Below are positions 42,001 through 50,082 of a DNA stretch of 64,000 bases, piece after piece. Position numbers and translations under genes: made by a program. Origin of the DNA: Phoronis australis (taxonomy: Eukaryota > Animalia > Phoronida); NCBI GenBank assembly GCA_002633005.1, contig NMRA01000492.1:144355-208354 (forward strand), given 5' to 3'. How positions within the stretch are numbered: position 1 is the stretch's first letter; each line of letters opens with the position of its first letter. A model generated the notes under the pieces. It searched no databases and was not told the origin of the DNA. It worked only from the letters and a program-made list of their open reading frames with translations.

Positions 42001-42738
42001 CTAATGGGTTTGTTCTAAAGCATACTGGATCGTAGAATCATAGCTAAAAAACAGTTGACTAGATTCTCCTTTTGGAAGAAAGCAAATACAGCATAGCTGC
42101 TGATCATGTTATTGAGCACCCATTCTTCCGCATTACACGGCTTTGTTTTACCACCTGGTGCGCCCTCTAGGGCCGGAAGGTGGAAACTAGGAGCCCACCC
42201 CTCATCTAATGGCATGAATGGCTGCAAGTTATTTAGTTTGTAACCACTAAGTATAAAGAAGTCAGTGTTTGTCTGCCTTATTAGTAAGTAGGTTTAATTA
42301 TAGTTCGCCAGAGACCATTTCTGGCGTCATTTGATGCAACAAAGCTAAAAAATTCATTTAGTACTGACTTAGTGCTTCAACTTGAACACAGTTTTGAAAA
42401 GTCGTAAGAAATGAAATTAAACAAATGAAAATTGTCCATTTTGTTGCTTGGTTATATAAAGGTATTTTTGTAATGATGTCTGGACTTTTCTTGTACCCCA
42501 AGGATTTTGGAGGCTGGGTCCAGAGCAGCTCACTGTTTGGAAGTGGGGGCAAAACACTGGTTTGTATTTCCGAAAGGAAACTGCGGTCGCCTATTTCCAT
42601 TTTGCACAAATGTATTGGTATCGTGTTTTCTCGTTTCACCAGGCCTTGGCTGAAGCCATACGACAGGTGACAGATATGAATCCTAACCTGGCCGTCGAAA
42701 AAATAGAAATCAAGACTGAGACGGAGGAAGTTAATTAA
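8863..42738 (+). CDS. EPB41: Protein 4.1 / coracle-like gene (FERM + FA + variable middle + 4.1 CTD), multi-exon, two alternative 3' ends
   Basis: Exons 8863-9060, 10643-10744, 14997-15039, 16390-16510, 17059-17238, 17617-17704, 18870-19022, 19649-19746, 20380-20540, (21533-21601), 23423-23517, 25580-25807, 26062-26235, 27272-27850, 28297-28452, 30767-30859, 32432-32527, then either 35371-35544+36101-36181 or 40669-40869+41387-41476+42643-42738. All AG/GT bounded with compatible phases. Hallmark 4.1 motifs: [86 protein letters not shown]. Confidence 0.95.
10643..10744 (+). CDS. EPB41: 4.1 exon FERM-N ([34 protein letters not shown])
   Basis: TTGCAG/GTGAGT boundaries; classic VC.HLNL.EKDYF motif. 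Confidence 0.95.
12525..12613. repeat. Inverted repeat (33-bp arms, 23-bp loop)
   Basis: ATGACAAATGACATCTGATATATGGCGTAATGA (12525-12557) matches the reverse complement of 12581-12613 at 31/33. Confidence 0.85.
12982..13227. mobile_element. Non-autonomous DNA transposon (MITE), hAT-like termini, 6-bp TSD
   Basis: Ends CAAGGCTTGGAAT...GGTCATTCCAAACCCTG; flanked by ACCAAC on both sides; same termini as the element at 34036-34518. Confidence 0.75.
14512..14704. repeat. 21-bp minisatellite (CAGTTAGCTACGGTGACTTGT), about 9 copies
   Basis: Direct inspection; explains the QLATVTC-repeat ORFs. Confidence 0.95.
14997..15039 (+). CDS. EPB41: 4.1 exon FERM-N ([14 protein letters not shown]), 43 nt
   Basis: TTTCAG/GTGAGT; WL...K.I.KQ motif; absent from the ORF track. 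Confidence 0.92.
15136..15387. repeat. 42-bp minisatellite (AGTGTGCCATGCTCCCTAGATAATGGAGCTGTACAGTGTGAC), about 6 copies
   Basis: Direct inspection. Confidence 0.95.
16390..16510 (+). CDS. EPB41: 4.1 exon FERM-N/M ([40 protein letters not shown])
   Basis: TTGCAG/GTAAGT; [15 protein letters not shown] motif. Confidence 0.96.
17059..17238 (+). CDS. EPB41: 4.1 exon FERM-M ([24 protein letters not shown]...LHRTHK)
   Basis: TTCCTAG/GTACGT; phase 2-2. Confidence 0.96.
17617..17704 (+). CDS. EPB41: 4.1 exon FERM-M ([29 protein letters not shown])
   Basis: TTGCAG/GTGAGG; MYGVD.H motif. Confidence 0.96.
18870..19022 (+). CDS. EPB41: 4.1 exon FERM-C ([51 protein letters not shown])
   Basis: TTTCAG/GTACGA; closely matches the 4.1/coracle FERM-C as I recall it. 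Confidence 0.97.
19649..19746 (+). CDS. EPB41: 4.1 exon end of FERM-C ([33 protein letters not shown])
   Basis: TTTCAG/GTGGGT. Confidence 0.96.
20380..20540 (+). CDS. EPB41: 4.1 exon FERM-adjacent (FA) domain (..[18 protein letters not shown]..)
   Basis: TTACAG/GTACGT; GS.[FY]RYSGRT motif. Confidence 0.95.
21533..21601 (+). CDS. EPB41: Putative 69-nt alternative cassette exon ([24 protein letters not shown])
   Basis: TTTACAG acceptor, phase 1-1 symmetric, open in the required frame, weak donor AG|GTTGTT. Confidence 0.5.
23423..23517 (+). CDS. EPB41: 4.1 middle exon ([32 protein letters not shown])
   Basis: TTGTAG/GTTAGT; GC-rich; converts phase 1 to phase 0 as the gene model requires. Confidence 0.85.
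25580..25807 (+). CDS. EPB41: 4.1 middle exon ([42 protein letters not shown]...SPLQ)
   Basis: CTAAC branch point + CTCAG acceptor, CAG|GTTTCT donor, 228 nt open, coding-like GC. Confidence 0.75.
26062..26235 (+). CDS. EPB41: 4.1 middle exon ([58 protein letters not shown])
   Basis: TTCCTCAG/GTGGAT; 174 nt, phase 0-0. Confidence 0.75.
27272..27850 (+). CDS. EPB41: 4.1 middle exon encoding a 15-aa Trp/LxPEER tandem-repeat module
   Basis: Long pyrimidine tract + TTGTAG acceptor, GAC|GTGAGT donor, 579 nt open, phase 0-0, strong GC3 codon bias. Confidence 0.88.
28297..28452 (+). CDS. EPB41: 4.1 middle exon ([52 protein letters not shown])
   Basis: TTACAG/GTGAGT; 156 nt, phase 0-0. Confidence 0.85.
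30218..30537. mobile_element. Kolobok-type non-autonomous element containing a tRNA-like segment
   Basis: TTAA|AGGGACATTGTCGG ... CCGAGAATGTCCCT|TTAG (13/14 TIR match, one TSD mismatch). Confidence 0.65.
30767..30859 (+). CDS. EPB41: 4.1 middle exon ([31 protein letters not shown])
   Basis: TTTCAG acceptor; GAA|GTATTC donor (moderate); 93 nt, phase 0-0. Confidence 0.65.
32432..32527 (+). CDS. EPB41: 4.1 middle exon ([32 protein letters not shown])
   Basis: TTGCAG/GTGAGT; 96 nt, phase 0-0. Confidence 0.85.
34036..34518. mobile_element. Non-autonomous DNA transposon (MITE), hAT-like termini, 6-bp TSD
   Basis: CAAGGCTTGGAAT...GGTCATTCCAAGCCCTG flanked by CAGTTG on both sides; CpG-rich interior with TCCGCG subterminal repeats. 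Confidence 0.8.
35371..35544 (+). CDS. EPB41: 4.1 CTD cassette A, exon 1 ([41 protein letters not shown])
   Basis: TTTCAG/GTGAGT; paralogous to 40669-40869 + 41387-41476. Confidence 0.9.
36101..36181 (+). CDS. EPB41: 4.1 CTD cassette A, stop exon ([26 protein letters not shown])
   Basis: TACCAG acceptor; TAA 36179-36181; donor CAG|GTGAGG after 36190. Confidence 0.9.
   Translation, partial: ALAAAIREVTDMDPDLSVDKIEIKTS
36463..37490 (+). other. 3'UTR terminal exon of isoform A, poly(A) signal AATAAA at 37465-37470 (also 36744-36749)
   Basis: TTTTCATTTCAG acceptor; homology to the isoform B UTR exon at both ends; exact 3' end approximate. Confidence 0.75.
37061..37092. repeat. GATA microsatellite (imperfect)
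   Basis: GATAGATAGATATTGATAGATAGATAGAAAGAT. Confidence 0.7.
38003..38565. repeat. 47-bp minisatellite (CAAGAATATCACTGCTACACACACTGAACAAGAATATAAACACTCAA), ~6 near-perfect copies followed by degenerate ~28-bp units
   Basis: Direct inspection. Confidence 0.92.
40669..40869 (+). CDS. EPB41: 4.1 CTD cassette B, exon 1 ([38 protein letters not shown]...SQTIETTT)
   Basis: TTCTAG/GTGTGT; VP.V.T....YE and G.L..SQ motifs of the 4.1 CTD. Confidence 0.92.
41387..41476 (+). CDS. EPB41: 4.1 CTD cassette B, exon 2 ([30 protein letters not shown])
   Basis: TTTCAG/GTAAGT; canonical ETR.E..I.ITGD..DIDHD motif. Confidence 0.95.
42643..42738 (+). CDS. EPB41: 4.1 CTD cassette B, stop exon ([31 protein letters not shown])
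   Basis: CACCAG acceptor; TAA 42736-42738; donor AAG|GTAATT after 42750. Confidence 0.93.
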   Translation, partial: ALAEAIRQVTDMNPNLAVEKIEIKTETEEVN

Positions 42739-43473
42739 ATTAACGACAAGGTAATTAGCCTTTTTAGGTTGAGGTTAGACGCGGAACTGCTGGCAGTGTA
42801 GTACTGGTGTTTATTATACCCAGTGGCACTTGCTTCTGCTGAACATCGAGAGGGGAAACCATCAGCTTTTGGTGTTAACTTCAGCAAAAGATTAAAAATC
42901 TGACTTGCAGTTCTTTTGACCATTAGCAATAACATAGGTGTGCAAAATTTCATGCGAATTGACCCATTGATGTTTGGAACTGCTAAAAGCAATGTTGGTG
43001 AGAAGACTTCAAAATGACTGATAAAGATTTGCCACGAAATTGAAATCTATTGACCTTGTCCCAATCAATGTTTGGCACACAAATATGTTATGAGTAGCAA
43101 TAAACATGAAGATAGATTTTCAGGATTTGTGAATATTGCATTTTGGGGGAAAATTCCACGAAGGTTGACAATTACCTGAAATCAATTTCAACTTCTTAGT
43201 TGGCCAGTTTCAGGCCTTTTGATTTTTGAAGCTTTGCCATTTTAGATGGTGACTTGTCTGCTGAAGAGGATTTGGAAAATATGATTTGCACTTGAAGAGT
43301 AATTTGACAAGTACAATGTTTACTTGTTTTTAAAACAGTTGATGGGAAGCACTGAATACCAATGGTTTTAAATGTGAAATATACATTGAGTTTTTGCTAA
43401 GCCTTGGAACTGAGGCCACCGTGGCATGAAGACATGCCATCACGGTAATAATTTTTTTCTTTTAATCTTTCAG

Positions 43474-45200
43474 TCTGTCATCCTTGCTTGGTTGTCTGTT
43501 ACCATGGTTACGCATCGCTGACCAGTCATTCGCTGTTTGTGTCCTTATATTTTGGTGTGGATTGCAACTGCCGCTTAGCGAAATCTTGTCGACTGATTGT
43601 AAAGCAGATTGTATGAAATGTTACTAATATATAGTGGTTGTATCAAATTTGCACGGCTCTAGGTGTTTTAGCTAAGATTACCATGTAGGTGACGCGCTCG
43701 TGTTTACTTATAGATTACACTGTCTCCGTGTCACTTTGGTCGGACTTATTTTGTACATGTTCGTACTAGTAAGATTTTTTATTTTGTATCCAGTCTGTTT
43801 TTATGCATTTAACTTTGTTAGGTGAGGTTGCCAGTACAGTGCTGTTTTGAACATAGTGGGTTACACGCGTTCAGGTTTGTGACTAGATTTGGCTATCTTT
43901 GCTTCTGCTGTTGTTCCGTTTGGTTTGAAATGGTTGATCTTTATGGAAGCCACATTCGGCGCATTCTTGAAAGTTCTCCATTACCATATGAGTTTATATG
44001 TCTAGTCCTCCTTGAGTGTCGACATTTTCAAAAGCACATACTTTAGAATGTTTTGGCATTCCTTCATTCTCCTGCATAATGCGACTGATTTTCAACGTCA
44101 TTTTCAGAATATTTTGAAAACATACCTTGCTAGAAACCCATCATATGTTTTGTACTGTCAAAAACTGTGAAAGATCCCTTGGCATTTCTGTAAATTCACT
44201 GATAATGCAGTCAGTTTCTTCGAAGAAATTTGATTTATTCTGACTGGACATGGTTGCATGTGGCTTTTAGCATTTTGCATCAACTGATTCAACCATTGTG
44301 TTCTGAGTGACAGATTCTAAGTCTGTCTCAAAAACGATCTTGGTGACTGGAAGGTGCTGGGTAACGTGTATGCCCACGTGTAAACCAAAAATTCCGTCAC
44401 AGTTTCACTGCTAATAAAGTGACTTAGCTGATTTGTTGGTTCTGTGAGCAAGTAGGTTAGGCCAGGAAGCGGGAGATATTTTATTTAATTTCATTTCAGT
44501 TTTATACGAAGTGTTGAAATGTGGGCTTGAAGCCAACCGTTGTTTTAGCTAATCGGTGGACCGGGTGTGGAAATGGTTGTATGTCAAGAATGTTTTTAAA
44601 TACTGTGAATTTTGTATTGTCATACAGTTCGAAATCGTTTGAAGAAAGGCAATCGTTTGTTCTTGAGCAGCTCAAATTCGTATGTATTATCTGAAAGGTA
44701 GCGTAGAACTTTCTGTATTCTGTCTCCTATGTCTTGATTCATTCTTTAGTAAACCTGCCACACGACGTGGTCTTTCAGCTGGTGCTGACATCTTGTGGTA
44801 ACGATGAACAAGCCTAGTACCATGGCTGTCTGTTTCTACTTAGATTGTGACATGATGAAGCATCATCGCCTGTAAAACGAAGTATAATGAAAAAAATACT
44901 CTGAAATTCCAGCCTCTCTGATATCCACCCACTTTCACTAAATGATAAATGTGCCATGACCTTTGATAATATTGTGAAATGGTGTCAGTAATGGTGGCTT
45001 AAGGCATTAATTTATATTGGTCTATGTGTATGGAATATATTATTGTATGTCTGTACTGCTGTGAGTATTGTTTTTTATGTGGCTAGGTGTGACCTTTAAC
45101 CTCTTTAGGTAGGTGGACGCCTGCCGCACTCAACCATTTATTACCATGCATAGAAGCTTATATCAGTGGACTGCTTAATAAACTAATTCGTTTTAATATG
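43474..45200 (+). other. 3'UTR terminal exon of isoform B, poly(A) signal AATAAA at 45177-45182
   Basis: TTTAATCTTTCAG acceptor; GT-rich tract downstream of AATAAA; homology to the isoform A UTR; exact 3' end approximate. Confidence 0.75.
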
Positions 45201-46248
45201 GGTGTTGTTTGTTTTTACCAATTTGGACCAGTAGTCTGTAATTGGTAGCATGTGTTGTATTAAACATTTGCTCAGTGTGTCCTAACATTGATCAGGGTGG
45301 CGAAACGTAACCCCCTTTCACTTGATAATAACCTAATAGTTTGGGCTGTGTCAGAATAATCCCAATCTGAAGAGGAAGGCAACTGGTCGCCCATATTTTT
45401 TATTTCCCTGGCCTACCAAGCAGAATTCTCTGTTGTTGTGCACTGTTCCAGTAAAATCGGTAGGGGGAGTGGGCACCTTCAAGATGGCGCTGATCGGTTT
45501 AGCCATTTGAGGCACCGATTGACCGCAGACGGCGTTCACCACTAACAAGAACGACTCCAGAAACCTTCGGACACTTGAATCTCTGAATACTTAAATACCA
45601 GTTCTTGGAAATTCTTGCCCTTGTTTCCTTGATTTGAGTATTTTAGCCAGAAATTAAACGAGATCCAAATGCATATTTTGATTAATTTCACAAGCGCTGC
45701 CATTCATGATTCTTGTTTTGAATCAAAATACATCATTCTTGCAGTAGTCTAGACCTAAAGTGCTGCATAATTACTGTTAGTTTTGATTTTTATATTATTA
45801 CTACAACCGCAAATTTAAAGTTGATCTAACTTTATATTACTCGTAATATTCCAAAGATATCTGTAAAAATATGTGGGAATTCTGGCAAGTAAATTTCTCT
45901 TTACCGAATTCAAATGGATAAACCGGTGAGCGCCATCTTGAGGCTGGGGGAGTATTTCACCCATACTTTCATTTAAGTTTTAAAGGCGAATGCAACCTTT
46001 TTTCATGTCATTTTGAGCTAAAATAAGGTTGGTTGGTTATCCTAGACATATTTTCCACTTAATTACAGCTTTTCGTAATTTTGTTCATTACTCGTCCGCT
46101 ACTCCGGAAGTGACGTTTTAGGAGGCAAGCATTTCGCGCCAATTTCTTTTCATATAGTCTGACTGTGAGAGCTACCGACTCAGTCATTGTTCTACCTCGG
46201 TTGTGTTAAGTTCCATCGTCGTTTGCTTTCATTTACTATTCAGTCAAC

Positions 46249-47016
46249 ATGCCACACTGTTGCTGCGTACCGGGATGTACTAATTATCGTCTCACGCGCG
46301 CTTTGGGAGTACCTTTGCATCGCTTTCCGATGGATGACACACTTCGCCGTACTTGGCTCGTTCGTGTGAAGAGCGCAGCGTTACCCGTCCACGCAACGTA
46401 CAAAGCAGTAGAGAATTACCGTGTGTGTGGCAAACACTTTCTGCCGTCCGATTACGAAAGGGATTTGTACGCGGAACTGATGAAGGTCCCTGCGAAACAA
46501 CGCCTGAAGCAGGATGCCATTCCGTCCGTGTTGATTCCCGGCAGTGCCCCGTCGCCACCCCCGAGATGTGCGTTGAAGCGAGAAGCCAGTACAGTGACTG
46601 GAGCCAGTGGAGGCATTTCATCTACTGTCACCCGTGCCTCCGAACGTACCCCAGAGCGTGCCATTCCTGGAACCAGTAGTGATTCGCCCTGTGCTGTTTT
46701 CTCCAGCCCAGAGCCTCTAAGCAGTCCTGCAGCGATATTGAGTACTGGGAGTGATTACAGGCCCAGTTCGACACCCAGTGAAGAGGACAGTTCGTCGTCC
46801 AGTGAACAGATCGGTGAGCCAAACTTTGATAAGTTTATTGTGGACTTGTCCAAAGTGTTGTAGCTATTTAGAAGGTGCCAGGTGTGTGGCGAGGGAGTCA
46901 CACGACACGATGTAAGCAGTTTGGGTGCTCAGGTCGCCATCCAGTGGGAATGTTTCGCGGGACACTCTGGCAAGTGGGACAGTTGTTCCTCTGTCCGTGG
47001 TATGCCGGAGGTCTAC
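46249..47016 (+). pseudogene. Kolobok transposase N-terminal remnant (THAP domain + CxxC..C..GH...W.S zinc motif), in-frame TAG at 46861-46863, DDE core missing
   Basis: MPHCCCVPGC..LHRFP...RRTW..RVCGKHF..LKQDAIPSV = THAP; the same frame continues KFIVDLSKVL*LFRRCQVC...WECFAGHSGKWDS..GMPEV. Confidence 0.88.
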
Positions 47017-47330
47017 TTAACCGTGTTCGGTAGTGGCTTGGCCTCGTCGAACTCTGAACAGCACAAGCATTCCATTGAGGTAGGCATAACAACGCACACA
47101 GTGCATTTGCACCAAGATGTGTCACCACGTTTGTCCTCAGTAGCCGCCTCGTTTCTGTCAACAGCTGCCTGTGCCTGTGCCTGTGCGTACTCTGCCTCGT
47201 TCTACTCGGGCTCAAACATGTACCCACCCACTGAATGTCCGTGAAAAAATTCTTCGTCACCTCTGCCGTGAACAAGGTCTCCGTCACTCACACTACTGTT
47301 ACTGCGATACGGGTCACCGAGTCCAGCAAT
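47013..47330 (-). pseudogene. KolX accessory-protein remnant (P2X7 ballast / nanor-like Cys-rich motif)
   Basis: Hand translation: ..GGYMFEPE*NEAEYAQAQAQAAVDRNEAATEDKRGDTSWCKCTVCVVMPTSMECLCCSEF; in-frame stop at 47202-47204; possible ATG>ATT at 47328-47330; not in the ORF track. Confidence 0.8.
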
Positions 47331-49692
47331 TTTCAGCTTACAACACTCTAAACAATCCCTAAATCCAACGTAGTTGAGTTCTCTACTAGCCTATGTTGCA
47401 GCAGAATACTCGCCGATGGAAAGTGGTGGCGACAATTATTGAAAAACAGCACAAAACAAAAGTAGAACAGAACAGATTCGCACGGTAAACTCAACGCAAA
47501 ACCAAGTGGCGGGAAACGCTTGCCTCCTAAAACGTCACTTCCGGAGTAGCGGACGAGTAACTAATAAAGTTACGAAAAGCTGTAATTAAGTGGAAAATAT
47601 GTCTAGGATAACCAACCAACCTTATTTTAGCTCAAAATGATATGAAAAAAGGTTGCCTTCGCCTTTAATACTTTCGACGGCAACCACCCATTTTTAGTTG
47701 ATAATTAAGTTTGGTCCCTTAAATTTCTGCAATAAGATCTGAAGCTCAGTACTACCAAAATTTGCCCTTTCAGATGCATAAAAACAATCTGTTCCTTATA
47801 TTTGAATTACATACGGTAACAGAGTTAAAAGTAACAGCAGCATAAATGTGTACGGAGATACACTGCTTGATCTGATGACGCGGAAGGACTCAGAAATACT
47901 CCGATGTTCAATTAGTGTCATCTTCACAAAAACATGTCGCACTCTCGTCAGTGTTCATGAACCGTTGGACAGGAGTTTTTAGGTGATGAGTCCATTAATC
48001 ACGTACATATATCGGTTGATGTTCCGAGTTCTGTCCCGTTGGCCTGTGTGATCGGGCGATTTGTTATCGGATCAATACTACCTTTGGCGATATTTGCCTC
48101 CGGCACTCGGTCGGTTTTCGCGATAATATCTACTGAACACTCACCGATCGGAGGCGGGAGGGTAATGTGACCGTGCCTTTTAATGATAAGAACTGTAGTT
48201 GCGCCAGTATGAGCCCAAGCCAAGTCAATCTATTGTGTGATCTCACGACGTATTCAGGCATTGGTGTCACCAACAGACCAACACTTATTCTAACTCCAGA
48301 CCCAAGGGCTTGGTCACAATTGTGGATTGCGCTATACAAATTCCAACCAGTACGTTACGCAGAGCTTCGAATTTTCTAACTTAAAGCTGGAACTTGGGCA
48401 CTGCATAGCGCACATGCGCGCACCCATTGGGGACCCCCCCCCCCATTTTGGCGAAGTGTGTAAAAAGGTCCGCCTCAGAGAAACAAGAAGTCCGAGAAAA
48501 CGAGACAAAGTCCACTAAAAAGATGAGACCTGAAAGGTGGCACACCGTTTTTGTTTAGTCCTCCCGCTTTTTGTTAGCAATTGGTCCACTTTTTCAGAGA
48601 ATCGAGCCCCTCCCCCCATATTAATGGCTGGGTGCATAGATAATGCATGCAGTTTTGATTCGGTTCTTAGTCGTATACTTTGATGCGAGGAACCGCTGAT
48701 AATGCCCTCTGACGGCTCCTTTTACAGGAACAACGTTCGGTAATTTTGTAATAATGATTTGTTCAGAATACAGCTACCCACAAATTTTAATACAAGTCCC
48801 CTCCCTCCCACAACGATTCTACTGGAACATGCCTTTTTCTCGGTATATTGTGTATGAAATTTCTGTCACACCATAGCCACCATACGTTTTCGTCATCGTA
48901 AATTACGACATTGAGCACGAAGGAGCGTGTACTCCAATGCACAGGGGTATGAGTATTGCGTACGTCACTTTTTCAGTTAACCAAACACTACCCTGTTTCA
49001 GTCTTTGCAATTCGTGGCGGATTTTGATTTGAATATCACCCTGTTTCATTTTAAATCATTTACTTTACATGAGCCAGCACTAGCGTGTATTACTTCCTAC
49101 TAATACTCACTGAACTCGGAAATATCTCTTCATTAGACAAAAAAAAATGTAATATCGGGCGTCAAAAGCAACGCCAAGTGACCTTTTTGTTTTTTTGATA
49201 ACTACGCTTAATTTCTGTTGCTTCTCTTATTCGTGAATTTAAAACGGCTCTTTGCTGAACGCACTCGCGACTGGAAACGTCGACTTCTACGACCCGTTGT
49301 TTGGTACTTTGGTGAACCGACTCATGGTAGAGACCTTCTCGCCACCTAGCAACTGAATAAACAGTATAGGCCTATCTCTGTTTTGACGTCCCACCACTGA
49401 AACGCCTTTTACCATCACACTCAGCCTCGCAATGCCAGTAGCCTACTGACTTGGATGTTGCGGAACGTTCTCGCACACATCCTCACTGTATTAATTGTTG
49501 TAAGTTTTGTTGTCAGGAATTACATGCACCTTGATATTTCGGGCTATCAGAGGTCAACTTTACCAAAATCCATTCCCGTTTTACGTATTTCCTTGAACGG
49601 TGCAACCATTTGTCACACAATTAGTAGTATCTCCGCACTGAAATAGTTGATGTTAAATATATTATCATGACCTGTGCTTGAAACACCCGTCG

Positions 49693-50082
49693 TCATATAA
49701 ACGTCACTTTCCCGTTGCGGCTATTCGGCGGCGACAGCGCGTGCACTGTGTTCAAGGCTGACAAGGCTAAGCGCGATGTCATCCCAGTTGGTTTTTTACT
49801 TTTCGCCCGTCGTTCGGCAGATTTCTGCCTCAAGTCCCGCATGAACTCCTCCAAGCGTCTTTCCTCTTCTAGCTCTTTTTGTTCCCGTTTCAAGTACTTC
49901 ACCATCATCACGAGCACCCCCAACGAATACATGCCCAGGACCGCTAATATATAGTAAAGAGCCTGCTGTTGATCCTTGCTGCTGAGGCCATAGTTAGTTG
50001 TAGTGTTTTTCAACAGAGAAACGTTAAGGGTTATATTAATGCATTCAGCGGTCACGTTTAGTGGAACACGTATAACCGCCAT
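49693..50082 (-). CDS. 129-aa type III single-pass membrane glycoprotein, KCNE-like
   Basis: AATATGG start; no signal peptide; four N-terminal sequons (NVT, NIT, NVS, NTT); one TM ALYYILAVLGMYSLGVLVMMVKYL followed by a charged helix; C-terminal VTFI; acceptor TTTTTTAATTTCAG 45 nt upstream of the ATG (exon starts 50127). Confidence 0.8.
   Translation of the reverse strand: MAVIRVPLNVTAECINITLNVSLLKNTTTNYGLSSKDQQQALYYILAVLGMYSLGVLVMMVKYLKREQKELEEERRLEEFMRDLRQKSAERRAKSKKPTGMTSRLALSALNTVHALSPPNSRNGKVTFI

Larger units (their letters stand above)
45984..47664 (+). mobile_element. Kolobok-superfamily DNA transposon, internally deleted
   Basis: TTAA TSD (45980-45983, 47665-47668); AGG...CCT termini; ~158-bp near-perfect TIRs (45984-46141 / 47507-47664); THAP transposase 5' part on +, KolX 5' part on -. 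Confidence 0.92.

Noticed and set aside
35371-45200. Assembly artefact (haplotig duplication) as the explanation for two CTDs
   Set aside because: The copies are far too diverged in protein, exon structure and introns to be alleles
45455-45965. Inverted AAGATGGCGC (YY1-like) motifs at 45481 and 45930 as a promoter
   Set aside because: Arrangement fits a decayed TIR element better; termini and TSD could not be defined
46861-46866. TAG-CTA as programmed readthrough in the transposase
   Set aside because: The element lacks the catalytic core and KolX also has a stop, so a simple nonsense mutation is more parsimonious; comparison with full-length copies would settle it
42643-50082. Functional linkage between the 4.1 scaffold gene and the adjacent KCNE-like gene
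   Set aside because: Adjacency in a eukaryotic genome is not evidence of shared function; would need conserved synteny or co-expression
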